Part shown: in pieces, positions 48,271 through 60,360 of the stretch
How the letters are laid out: every line of letters begins with the position of its first letter
Position numbering within the stretch: position 1 is the stretch's first letter
DNA from: Podarcis muralis
Lineage: Eukaryota
Length of the DNA: 64,000 nucleotides
Direction of reading: 5' to 3'
NCBI RefSeq assembly: GCF_964188315.1
Contig: NC_135657.1
Location: 83,328,001-83,392,000 of the forward strand
Position numbers and translations under genes: made by a program
Notes under the pieces: generated by a model
What the model saw: the letters and a program-made list of their open reading frames with translations, nothing else
Database searches by the model: none
Told to the model about the DNA's origin: nothing

Positions 48271-48517
48271 GGGCTTATCCACACTTACCTTTTGCCTTCA
48301 AGTGGGGTTTCTCAACAAAAGCCTCCTCTTTAAAGCTTAATTAGAGCATCATCAATTCAGGTTTTCCGCAGATTAACACTTGCTCCAATTCAGCTTCAAA
48401 GAGCAGGTTTCTCAGGGAAAGCTCCAGAACAAAAAAAAGGAGGTGCTCAATCTCAGAGCTTTATATTGCGAACCGCTGCCTGGAAAGAGCAAAGGAAAAG
48501 TAAGTGTGGATAAGACC
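48271..48517. mobile_element. MITE, probably PIF/Harbinger-like
   Basis: 18-bp TIR GGGCTTATCCACACTTAC vs GGTCTTATCCACACTTAC (1 mismatch). Confidence 0.65.
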
Positions 48518-48620
48518 TTGTCTAGCTGTTCCTTTAATCAGGACTGACCAACCTTTTTTGGTCTGATGGACACATTCACCAATGCCTGTCAACTTTGGGG
48601 AGGCTTGGCCCCTTCAAATA

Positions 48621-48862
48621 CAGTGGTACCTCGGGTTACATACGCTTCAGGTTACATACGCTTCAGGTTACAGACTCCGCTAACCCAGAAATAGTACCTC
48701 AGGTTAAGAACTTTGCTTCAGGATGAGAACAGAAATCGTGCTCCGACGGCGCGGCAGCAGCAGGAGGCCCCATTAGCTAAAGTGGTGCTTCAGGTTAAGA
48801 ACAGTTTCAGGTTAAGAATGGAACTCCGGAACGAATTAAATACTTAACCCGAGGTACCACTG
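48621..48862. mobile_element. Tc1/mariner-superfamily MITE, intact, in CD109 intron
   Basis: Perfect 18-bp TIR CAGTGGTACCTCGGGTTA, TA TSD on both sides. Confidence 0.9.
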
Positions 48863-48926
48863 TATTTTATTAGGGGCACCAAAGGAACCTCGGCTCCTAG
48901 GAATTGGCTTCTATGGTTATAACTAC

Positions 48927-49155
48927 CTTATCTGTTTGGTACTCTAATAGTGCAGTCATAATATAAGCAGTAAGAGAGACAGAGCTGTTAGTTCCTCCTT
49001 GCAGTTCAGTATGCAGCACTCTCCCAGGCTCCTGGAATTCCCCATTGTGCTTCTGATGTCTAACAATCCAAGCAGCTGTTGTCTCCAGGATAGATGTATC
49101 AATATCTATGAATGGCTGAGCTTGAATAAAACTCCTTAACACAAAAGCCGATAGC
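48927..49155 (-). CDS. CD109: CD109 exon, 229 nt: WLSAFVLRSFIQAQP…PGRVLHTELQGG…LTAYIMTALLEYQTDK
   Basis: CTTCTCCCTAG acceptor, GTAGTT donor, phase 2-0; overlaps ORF 48897-49142. Confidence 0.97.
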
Positions 49156-50815
49156 CTAGGGAGAAGTGAAGAATAAATATGTAGGAATTAAACACTTCCA
49201 CAGATCCCATTCTTTAATTTAACTTGCACAATGTGTTGAAGAAAATATCACAAATATATGCACTGGAAGGCTTAAAACAAGCTTTGCATGTGCTAATTGC
49301 ATACAATTGGAACAATTTGTTTATTACATATTTTCATGAACATGTCTGGCCTTGTAAACTGTCTGAATAGGAGACCATATGGGAACCATATGTAAGCTCC
49401 TCTGTGCTCTTTAGTGGAAATGCAAACTCTGAGTGCAGATAAATAAATAAAAGTATTTAGGGCATATTCTACAACATTATGAAAAAATTCTAAAGTGTGA
49501 AACATGCAAAGCAGCTCTTAAAAAGAAATACTTGGAAATAGCCAGCAGCTTTTTCTATTGAGAGAGCACGGATATGCCAAATTACAATGCAAGAACTACA
49601 GTGCAAAGTTGGAACAAATGCTTCATCCTCCAAGAGTTCATAGCAGATGGCAACCAAGCATTTCAACCTTTAAAGCCATATCATTCACTTTCCACCCCTC
49701 TCCAGAAATTATTTAGTGACCCACGACACTCACCCAGACCCACACATTTGAGGGATAACCAGCCTCATATAACTCTAATTAATGCATGAAGGAGTTGATG
49801 CCACAGAATAAGCTGTCCTGCCAGGCTTAGCTAGGTCACTTCCCTTCACCTCAGGAAGAAGGTAATCAAGCCTATTTTTGTCCCACTGTCTACCTTAGAA
49901 GCTCAACGTGTGATGTCTGAACTGGCTGCTGCAGCTAACACTGCATGGCTCTAACAAGCCTTTCTTGTGTTCCTATCTCAATAATTTAGGAACTTTCACC
50001 ACTGTAGCTAAGGCAATGACTGCTTGTGTTTTCTAACTATGGAAAAGCACATGAATCTGACTTTTGGAGAGTTTGTAAGTAAAGCATTTCTATCTTACCA
50101 AACATGTGGTCTTTTTCTATGCTAAGGGAACAGGAGGACTTTGGAAGGAACTCAGCAGAGCATATTTTAAAGGTCTAACAGCCTATATTCCTATGCTTTG
50201 CTTTGCTGCATAATTTTAAATCTCTGGTGGGGTTCTCTCACCAAAGATTACTTGACCCAAACCTAGAACTTGGCATCCAGAAATTCTCTATTTTTTCCCC
50301 TTGCCATTGCCACCAACAACAATTGGGTTGTCAAAGGAGCAGCAGTATTGCATGTGAACACCTGCAAATGCCCCTAGGTGAAAGATGGGAAGGCAGATGA
50401 ATGATCTAGTTGCAAATACAGCAGCAGCAAACTTAGCATCAACATGGCCTGGTGTTGGGAGAAGAAAAGCTATACTAGCCTGTAGGTGCAGCCATTCCCA
50501 TTTGCCTTAGTGACTTTGTATGTGCATTTTATGCCTAGTACTTGCTGTGCAGCTATTAAAACTTGTAATCTTCATCCTTGGGGAATCTGCAGACATCAAC
50601 TACATTTTATACATTTTCTGGGTAATATGCAAGAACTACATACGAGGACCTACGATGTGAGTCACGGGTGTACACATCCAGCTCTAAGAATTATAATAAC
50701 TTAAGACTAGTATATGGCTCTGGTTTTGGCAGTTGGTTGCTGTACCAAAACATAATTGATGCATCTTGCCAGCTACAAGACTATTAAAGATGCACGTTGT
50801 TTACTGAACACTTAC

Positions 50816-50897
50816 CATGTGCTGCCAGAGTTGTCTTTGTTTCCAAAAGCACTGAAAGAACCATCATCTCTTTGATACAGAAGCTCTCTTTGGTATC
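50816..50897 (-). CDS. CD109: CD109 exon, 82 nt: [28 protein letters not shown]
   Basis: TTTCTCCAG acceptor, GTAAGT donor, phase 1-2; near-identical to human [19 protein letters not shown]. Confidence 0.97.
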
Positions 50898-52050
50898 CTG
50901 GAGAAATGAAATATGAGAACAGCATTGTATGACAGTTCGGCTAAGTTTATTCAATAGGTTTATCACCTCCCAGCTAGGCATCCACTGCAGACTAATTGCT
51001 AAACCTTATAGGAACCAAACTGCTACTCATGCTTGGTTGAATAATGCATCTCAACTACAAAATAGTGTCTGCACTGTCTAATTGGCGGGTGGGGATCACT
51101 GTTGTGTACCAGGAGAGAGAGGGGTGAGGGGGCAGGGAGATTGGTCTGGTGTAAAACACACCTGCTGAGCCAACCCAGTGCATTTCTGGAAGTGAGACAG
51201 AGGTGGAAACATTTAGGAAAATTAAAATCAATCAACCCAGATAAAGGGTGCAATTCACTTAGCACCTCTTTAACAAACAGCAGGAAAATTATAAAATCAG
51301 AGGGCTGGGCTTGGAAGCATAATCTCTCCTAGTTTGCACTTTAAACTACATCATCCATACTACATAGTATCACCATTACACTTCCCCAAACACACACACA
51401 CAGATGTAAAACAAACTGGCCAAAAGAGAACCATGTTTGTGCACTAAAGCTAAGATGTTTGTAATGCCTTTTGATTAGAGTCAATCCCTACAGTTTACAG
51501 ACTGAAACCACCAACCCATATAAACAGCACCTGGCAGGAACTCGTATCTCAAAATGTGTTAAAAAATACACTCGTATGACGTGATCAAATGACCAAATGA
51601 ATTAGCCCTTAGGAATAACTAAGCTGTTAGAATAAAAGCACAAGGTGGTATTCAACTGTGTTTTATTCAGAGCAGACCCACTAAAATTAATGGACCCAAC
51701 TTAGTTGTGTTCATTAATTTTAAGTGGTGGGTTTGCTCTAGAGTAAAACTTAGTTGAATACAACGCATAATCTCAATGTGTGTAAATCAATAATTTAGAG
51801 TCACTTCATATTTTACAATCAACTTGGCTAGAGATAATCTCCTATGTAGGAAAAACACAAGTTTACCTTAATGGGACTGCTTTTGTGTCATGAGCACATG
51901 TTACATGCTATGACCCTACCAAAAGAAAAGTGAGAACCAATGGATCCACTGGACAGTCAAGAAGCAATTATTATAAACTACAGAGGACACACCAGAGACA
52001 TTTCACAGTTTAGACAGAAGCAAACTTGGGTTAGTCAACGAACATACACT

Positions 52051-52069
52051 AAAAAAAAAAAAAAAAAAA
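52051..52069. repeat. A19 homopolymer
   Basis: Direct reading. Confidence 0.9.
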
Positions 52070-53687
52070 CTACTGCCAATCACTATACAATACCTATACA
52101 ATGTCCCTATACAATACCTGTCTGTTGCATTGACATTTCACATTTTTAGAGCAGTTATTTCCATAAATAAAAAGCACACCTTACAAATGTAATGCATGAA
52201 ATGGCCACTGAGTCATTTACAAGTAAGGGTGAGAAGCTGTAATCCCAACTGCAATCCCAAACAGACTCATTAGGGTGCAAACACCTTCCAGTACAGTGGG
52301 AGTTACTTCAGTGCAAAAGTGTGTAGGATTGAACTTTTAGGCAAGCTTTAGAAAGGAACATTGTATACTGTTTTCAAAGACCTTCCAACTTAGAAATGTT
52401 AAAAAGGTGGTGTACTGCATGATTTTTATTGACAATGTATCATAACAAAAAGCTATTCATAATCATCAAGCAAAGTATAGAAAAACATTTGTAAAGGTTG
52501 TTTTGGAGCCTATACTTTTTAGGAATTCAGACGTATGATATAAAGTTTATTTTATGCTACACTGGGTAGACTATGATCACTATGTATAAAAGAATATGTA
52601 TAAATATAAGGACCATAAGAAGCAACTGTACAAAACAAAAGAAAATGATTTGGAGAGAAGTATTTTTCTATTTTAAAATCAAAGCTATTCCATGATAGCT
52701 TTTATTCTGGCCTCAAAAGAATGCAAAGAAACATTGTAAATCCCAAAGCCAAGCATGATTTAAGTTAAACAATGTATCACTGAATGACAAATTTAACAAT
52801 ACAGTTATGACTCATTTAAAAATAGCTTTAATGAAACTAATGTTTGGAGAAGTTAAAAACATTATGATAGTATAAATCAATCTACAGGGAGTGACAGATT
52901 GCTTGCAAACTTCAAAGAAGTTGCTTAAAAAACAGATGTTCATTATTTTTGAAACTAACTGTGTAACTTTAGGGTGGCCAAAGTCCAGTTGTCAGGCCAA
53001 ATACAACCCATGGAGTTGAGCAAAGCAAACAAATCTGTTTCTGTTGTCGGTGGCCTTTGTTCCTTCTTTGTGGGAGACTGATCTGGGATGCGAGTCCAAA
53101 TTTAGTTGTAACATGACAGTACCAAAGTCAACAGTCCTACACTGGAGATTAAATCTGCCCAATTGTGTTCAAAAAGGATGCAACCTGTGTGGTGCAAGAG
53201 CAGTTTGGAAGTCAGGACTGTGTATGTCGCAACTCTACTTAAGTAAAGAAGAAACAGATAATATAGTTTTGGGTGAGAAAACTAGCTTCCTCAGATTCTC
53301 AGAGTTTTTATCTTTTTATGTTTCCAGTTGTATTAGGATTCCAAAGGTACAGTTAAACTGAGTTTATCGCAAAACTATGCTTAAACCATGTGTGTGGGCA
53401 ATGTAGAATTTGAATTACCTTGTTATACACGTTACAGGAGGTGTTAACGGTCCTGGTCATTTCTTATTGTGACAGCTGCTACTGGCAAGCTTTCGGGGCT
53501 CACAAAATTGTCTCAGACAGTGTTTGCAATTTTCTGCCCATTCTGCCTTTCTATCTATCCATCACACATCTGAGGCGTGTATAGGGAAAAAGGAAAGCAA
53601 TCCATGCAGGAGGCATGATTTCTCCCATCAAACCTTAATAGAAACCCACAATAAATGGCAGGGTCTTCTCCAAAAACAGATTCTTAC

Positions 53688-53864
53688 CTTCTCTCATATA
53701 TGACATAGCTTTTGATTTAAGTCTGGGCTTCAGGTCTCCTGCTTTGGCCAGATAGTCCAGAACATAAATATTGGGTGCAAAATTGATCATATTCTGTTCC
53801 CCACAGCCATAAGGCATCTTGATCAGTGACTCCAAACCGCTGATAGAGGGGCCAAGGATGTCTC
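53688..53864 (-). CDS. CD109: CD109 thioester exon, 177 nt: [39 protein letters not shown]…MSYMRE
   Basis: GCGEQ codons at 53794-53808; TTTCAG acceptor, GTAAGA donor, phase 1-1. Confidence 0.98.
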
Positions 53865-54895
53865 CTGAAATATACAGTTCACAAGACAACGTAATGGAAA
53901 TGCCAGTAGAGAAATGTGGAAGGTTGAGTTAATCACTTTGCGGGTTTTCTTTTATGCTCAAGAAAAAACATTGGATCACTTCTAAAGGATACCCTAATAT
54001 ACTCATGCACTTCAATGAAGCAGACACACAATAACTGAAATTATCATACATATGCAGTACTCTATATCACTTCTGCTAATAATGTGAGTCTAGGGAATGG
54101 GCCAAGAGTATTTGAGGCTGCAGCATTGCTGAAATTCACCAAGTGCAGACCTGATTAATCTGGATATGAGACCACTAGGAGCTCAACATAAAACAAAATA
54201 TAATACATCAATGTCTTCTAAAAAATTGATGGTAATTACATATAAAACTGAAGACCGACCAACAACAACAAAACCCAAAAATGTCTAGCAGGTATACAAT
54301 ACTCTACAGAGCTATGCTAGTATGTTAGCAGTGTTTGAAACTTCCATTGTTCTAGGCACATTTTGCGACAAGGAATTTCATTAGCCCAAGCAGTTTCTGA
54401 GCTGTAGTGTGGAAGGAAAGGAGGACCTTTTTCTGCCTCCCCACTTCCAGCTATTCTCTGAAGACTGGACAAGAGACCCTGTTAAGAATATTAGGGTGAT
54501 GGGCAAGGGAAGGATTAGACCATGTGAAAAATGAACATAATATTTTAGCTGCAGTTCATTCATTTTCAGCTTTGTATTATTGTCTGTATATCTCTGTTTC
54601 CAACACTGTATGTTAGCAATAAAAAAGGAGGCTGAAATTAATGAGTTATATGAGAAATAGCCTGCACAGCATTTCCTTTTCAGTGACATGGAACACTTCC
54701 ACCTATTCTCACAGGCAAGGGATAATTTATCTATTCAAAACCAGTCATGATACCAAACCAGTAACAAAATAACTTGCATGCTGAATAATTCAGCAATCAA
54801 TTAGAGCACTCTTACTGATATTTCAGTTTCATATTTACTTTTTATTTACCAGCAGGCATCAAAATGAAACAATGTAAGAGGAGTGAAATGCTTAC

Positions 54896-55037
54896 CAATA
54901 ACTGTGACTTGCACTCTTTCGCTGCCAGGTACTACATCAGAGGGAAAAGTGAAGTTCAGTCTTTTTGTTTCAAATCCTATTCTTTTGGACAGGTCCAAAA
55001 GAACTGTCTCTGAGTGAGACTGTTCTAATCCCTCAGC
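54896..55037 (-). CDS. CD109: CD109 exon, 142 nt: AEGLEQSHSETVLLDL…VVPGSERVQVTVI
   Basis: TTTTCACAG acceptor, GTAAGC donor, phase 0-1; matches human AEGIEKSYSQSILLDL…GSERVQITAI. Confidence 0.95.
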
Positions 55038-56364
55038 CTGTGAAAAAATAAACAAAGACTCGATGCATGTCCAAAAGTTATTAGGTATGGTAATTCTTTG
55101 TGCACTTCTCCCAATATCAGGGACCTCTACGGATCTCAGAGTGCAATCCTGTATCCGCTTAGCTGGGATTAAGCACCACTGAACTCAATAGAAATAATGT
55201 CTGAGTAGACATTTGTATAGGATTGCATTGGCAGTGCTGATATTGGGAAATGAAGCAAAAATGCAACAATGCATATCCCCATGGATTTTTGCTTCACAAG
55301 AGTTGATGTGCAGTATTAATCTTGAATAACAAGTTATCAAAATTGCATCTTACAACAATATAGAAACTCTTTTCAAGACTAATAAATTTCTGCCATGAAG
55401 TCTTCTGCAACAGAGTTGGGTCTTCTTAATAATTAATAGCTTAATGCGAAGGTTTTCAAGGAGCACAATTTAAGCCTATTTTTGTGCAGAAAACAACCAT
55501 AAAGCTTCTTCACATTTTTATTTCAACAATTTGCAATTACATACTGCTTAACACTGTAGTTTGTAAGTGGTGCACAACTTCCATGTTAGTCTTGGTTCAT
55601 GTGGAACCCAAGCATACCTTAAGGGCCAGTTCAGATATAAACATGCCTGACTTCATAAACAATGATCTACTAAATTAATGTGCCACGTACTTTACAAAAT
55701 AGTTCTAGCATTTGTGTATTACACCTTTATGTGCAGAAATAAGTGCTTTAAGTCTCAAGGTCTGGAAGTGAACAACCGACCTGAAGCTGTGGTGTGACTG
55801 GCCTGGTTCAGACATAATACTAAACCATGCTGAGAAGGGAACTTAATACTGGAAAAATAAGGAACAGAGAGAATCTAAAATTGACAGATTCTTTGATCTC
55901 AAGCTATGCCCAGATACAAACACTATCACCAGTTTTAGATATATCAATACCAAGCAGTGTTCCATTAATGTAATTTCCTCAGAAACCAAGGAGACTTATT
56001 TCACAGCAAATGTGTTATGGCTGAGATATTAATTATGTAACCTTCAACATGAGATTTGTTAGAATCATTATTTTCCTGTAGTAATAAGTTTATCCTTCTC
56101 AATATTGCTAATCCTTTCATCAGATTCTGTCTTCCCACTTCAGTTTTGTCCTGTCTGCATAGAGACCATGTTTCTTCCATGTTCTATGCAGAACCTAGAT
56201 ACAACTCCAGAGTTAAGCACAAATTGGGTTCTTACAACACTCAGATCATCACTCCCTTTAGAAACTTCCCATAAATACTTAACACTAATTATCAACTGTG
56301 TGCAACTTTTAAAAGTGGGTCATCCATCCCACAAACAGCTTGTGTAAATAATGATTTAAATTAC

Positions 56365-56583
56365 CTTCACTAATACTTTCTGTAAAAGAGCATCAGAAGC
56401 AATGGGAGATATGGCCGTCACTCTGATGGGAATCTCTCCAATTTGCTTTGGCTTGATCGGAAAAATAACAGTCTTTGCAGCTTCACTTGGTACCCATACT
56501 GATCGCTGGTTTCCCATGGCATTTATATCATTAGAAACAATAAGGATTTCAAAGGTGTCACTTGTATCAAGGGTCACCGTAAC
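56365..56583 (-). CDS. CD109: CD109 exon, 219 nt: VTVTLDTSDTFEIL…SPIASDALLQKVLVK
   Basis: TTTTATAG acceptor, GTAATT donor, phase 0-0; overlaps ORF 56356-56577. Confidence 0.95.
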
Positions 56584-57514
56584 CTATAAAAAAGTGGCTA
56601 ATTAACATATATTTTGGGCTACTAGCAAAGACATTTAATGTGACATTTACCAGGAGACACAGAAAGGATTTCACATAGATGTGACTACTACCAATTATAA
56701 CGTGGGTGGGCCCACCAGGATACATCAACCTTAGAGTACCCAGGAACACTCAAGAAAACACAAACAAGAAAGAAGGGGGTGGGCAACTGGGAACTAAGAG
56801 AATTGAAAGTGAGACAAATATGACACCAGGAGATAGGACAGAGAAAAGAAGAAAGTGCAGAGTAAGTGTCAAAAGCAAAATAACATGTGAAACTTGTGCA
56901 AATTTTCTGCTAAGGCAAAGCCACACTTAGCTATAACGTTCTGTATTATACCAAAAACAGTCCATTTGACATCAAAATTCAATCAGCGCTTTTGTCCAAG
57001 CCCATCCATACAGTATGATTCTATGCATGTTTACTCAGCTGCAATTCTTACTGTGTTCAAGGTAGCTTACTCCTTAGAACATCTGCGTAGGATCACAGCC
57101 TAAGCCAAAACAAAAAAACTGACAAAATCCGATTGCAAAATGACTCCCCACCCCACCCCCTAGGGTCAGTAACCAATAGACTTAATCTCTGAATCCTTGC
57201 TCTAGCAAGACCATGAACTACCCCAGCAAAGGTTAACTAAGAGCTGGCAACAGCAAAGATAAGGCAACTACAAGACATCATGGGCAAAATCCAAAATTGT
57301 GTGCATGGACTTCCTCTCACACAACAGGACTTCCTCTTGCTCTCAACTTACACTCCCTACACACACCCAAATTTGCTCCAGAGGGTTGGGTGCGTGCAGG
57401 CAAGGGTGCAGAGAACAAATGTGAACTGTTGTGTGAGAAATCCATTCTGCTCACGTACAGACACCACTGGATTCCACCTAATATTAGAAAATGAACAAAT
57501 GAATGAATGTTTAC

Positions 57515-57628
57515 CTCAGTGCCTTCTTTCAAATAATTAAAGAGGTTTACTTCCAAAACAATCTCTTCTCCTCTTGTAACACTAGGAGGAAGGTTTAAGG
57601 AAACAAAAAAGGGCTGGAAGACTTCTAA
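57515..57628 (-). CDS. CD109: CD109 exon, 114 nt: LEVFQPFFVSLNLPPSVTRGEEIVLEVNLFNYLKEGTE
   Basis: TTTTTCAG acceptor, GTAAAC donor; FQPFFxxLNLPxSVxRGE motif. Confidence 0.95.
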
Positions 57629-59261
57629 CTGAAAAATATAAAAAGTTATACAACAGTGAACCCTTGTGGTGTATAGGTTAGTTGTTCAGCAATTTAAATG
57701 CAAATGGTTTTTGATTAGAACTTTTCACAACAGACCTTGACCATTGGCCAGTTAGAATTTAATTGACTAAAAACAAACATCAGTATGCTAAGAAATGGGG
57801 GGTGCAACTTTCACACAGTAAATTTTGTAGGTCGTGCAGTTCTTGAAGTACCTCAGCCAGCATGCTAGAAGCTGACATATAGCTGCACAGATTGAATATG
57901 GGGCTCCAAAACACAGCTGCCCCATCTCTCAACTCGCACACATACAAAGATATGTCTCTTTCACAACTATGGCACTCTTATATGCCCAGGACAGCATTTA
58001 GCCCCTGAACCTTGCATAGCTACAGTATGAGATAGTTCTTAGGGCATGTTTCCTACACTTAAAAAGGAATTTACTGTTGCCTGTATTAGAATAACTTTAG
58101 GTGCTGGTTCAAGAGCAAAATCTATTTACTGACCATATTCTGATTAAAGTAAGTTAAAGACTGTAGCTGTTGTGATACAAGTAGGGTTGCCAACCAGATA
58201 TCATTTGATTGGCCTGACCAGAAGAGCTATGTTATATCAGGCAATAAGTACTAGCATCCAAAAGGCACTGAGCCCCAAATCCTGCCAAAGTCCACCCCAC
58301 CCAGATTATTCCAGGCTCCAAAGCTGATTTACCAGTTTCTGCCCAACTTCCCTCCATCTTTACCCCCATATCACTAATATTTTGAAAATAAAAGTTGGCC
58401 ACCCTGGAATCCACTGGGGCTCTTTGCACATGTGTAAGGGATAGCATGAATAAAGAATGGCTTTCCCCCATATTTTCAGTCAGCAGTCCCACCAGTCAAT
58501 ATATTCCAAAATAGACTGTGATATGGTCAGCAGAGTGAGGCAGAGGGTGGGTGAAACTGATGCTCAGAAAAAGAAGAAAAACTCACTGTACACAAAGTTC
58601 TCAATTCACACTTGTGAATTATGTTGTGCTTCCAAGGAGCACCCACTAGGAACTCATATCCATCATAGATTTTTAATTAATACCAGATAAGGCTCATTCC
58701 TAAGCCCTGTAAGCTTATTAACACTGTATCTATAAAGCCTGTGCTCAGTTATATGTTTTTGTAAAAATATTATTTGCATGTGTCAATGTATAACATGTTT
58801 TCACCATATGGAACTTTAAATAGAAACCGAGCAATCCAACAATGTACAGGAGGGAAATTAAGTCATTGTGAGAAGTGAAGTGGAATCTTGGCTATGGCTT
58901 CATTAAAGACTACTCAACTGTTGGCACGTTCAGCCAAGCGTGCACTTTCATAGTCAGAAATCACCAGGATTGATCAGTCTCTGCCAAACTACATTCAGGG
59001 GGAAAAGGAATATTGACCTTAATCTCAAGTGAGCTTGAAATAAAAGTTAATATCCAGATCCAAATCCATGAATGAGGTATTCTCATAATCAAATGTTTTG
59101 TTTTCATATATAACTGCCAGATGGAAAGCCTGGACCCCAAACCTCAGCCACTCTTCTTGTTTGATTATAGTATCAGATTTGATACTGAATATTGTTCAAG
59201 AGCTTCGCTAATAAGTATATTTTTATGGAATTTATTTTAGAAGAAAAAATAAACTTATATA

Positions 59262-59490
59262 CAGTGGTACCTCGGTTTTCAAACGTCTCTGTTGATGAAC
59301 GTTTTGGAACTCGAACACTGTAAGCTCGAACGTGCCTCTGAAGTTGAACCGGAAACGTGGCTTCCGTATTGAGTTTTCCATATTGAGATTTCTGTTTTGA
59401 GGCTTCCGTTTTGAGTTTTCAGTTTTCGAATGTTTCGGAACTCGAATGGTCTTCCGGAACGGATTACGTTCAAAAACCGAGGTGCCACTG
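59262..59490. mobile_element. Tc1/mariner-superfamily MITE with the same TIR type but a different interior
   Basis: CAGTGGTACCTCGGTTTT…AAAACCGAGGTGCCACTG, TA TSD. Confidence 0.85.
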
Positions 59491-59638
59491 TACTACCTTA
59501 TCCTAAAACAGGACGAGGGAACCTTTGGTCCTCCAGATGTCGATGAGACTACACCTCCCATCCTTCCTGACCACTGGCCATGCTGTCTGGGGCTGAGAGG
59601 GATTAGAGTCCAACAACAGCTGGAAAATTGACAGAACT

Positions 59639-60039
59639 TGTTGGGAGATATGGCATTGGGTTGGATCCTTAGTCTTGGTGGGAGGCAGGGCTTGGGAGTC
59701 AGTCCCCTTCTATAAAAAAAATAGGGTACCCCGTTAAAGGGATCCAAGAGGGGTTGCTTCTGTCCAGATGCCGAGATGGCAGTCCTGGTATGACTGCTTG
59801 CAACTGATGTATATCATAGGGCAACCCTTAACCCAGGGCCAACCCAACCATTATTCTACCTGCAGTCGGGCTGGCTGATTCAGGGTACATACCCACTGCC
59901 TACACCAAAGGCTACATACATCTGTAATCAATAAAGTTGTGGTCTGTTTGAACCCAATACTTCGTCCTGTCTCTTTATTTGTCATCATTCTCTGGGCCCT
60001 GGCCAGGCACAGGCTCCCTGCACCTGGGCATGCAATACA
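59639..60039 (+). mobile_element. Probable solo LTR of a different family (~400 bp)
   Basis: TG…CA ends and AATAAA followed by a GT-rich stretch; no TSD recognised. Confidence 0.45.
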
Positions 60040-60106
60040 TTTGTGGGCTCACCAATGACTCTCTCCCAAACCAGCACTTGCCAAGTCAGAAGCATGATCA
60101 ACACTC

Positions 60107-60360
60107 GAGAGCCAGTTTGGTGTAGTGGTTAAGAGCGGTAGACTCGTAATCTGGTGAACCGGGTTCGCGTCCCCGCACCTCCACATGCAGCTGCTGGGTG
60201 ACCTTGGGCCAGTCACACTTCTCTGAAGTCTCTCAGCCCCACTCACCTCACAGAGTGTTTGTTGTGGGGGAGGAAGGGAAAGGAGAATGTTAGCCGCTTT
60301 GGGACTCCTTAAAGGAAGTGAAAGGCAGGATATCAAATCCAAACTCCTCCTCCTCCTCCA
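60107..60360 (+). mobile_element. tRNA-derived SINE (Squam3-like), young copy
   Basis: TGGTGTAGTGGTTAAG A box, GGGTTCGCGTCC B box, GGGTGACCTTGGGCCAGTCAC core, (TCC)n tail, intact CpGs. Confidence 0.78.

Noticed and set aside
58182-58406. hAT element with TAGGGTTGCCAAC/GTTGGCCACCCTG ends
   Set aside because: The ends are suggestive, but the 8-bp flanks do not match (GATACAAG vs GAATCCAC); too decayed to call.
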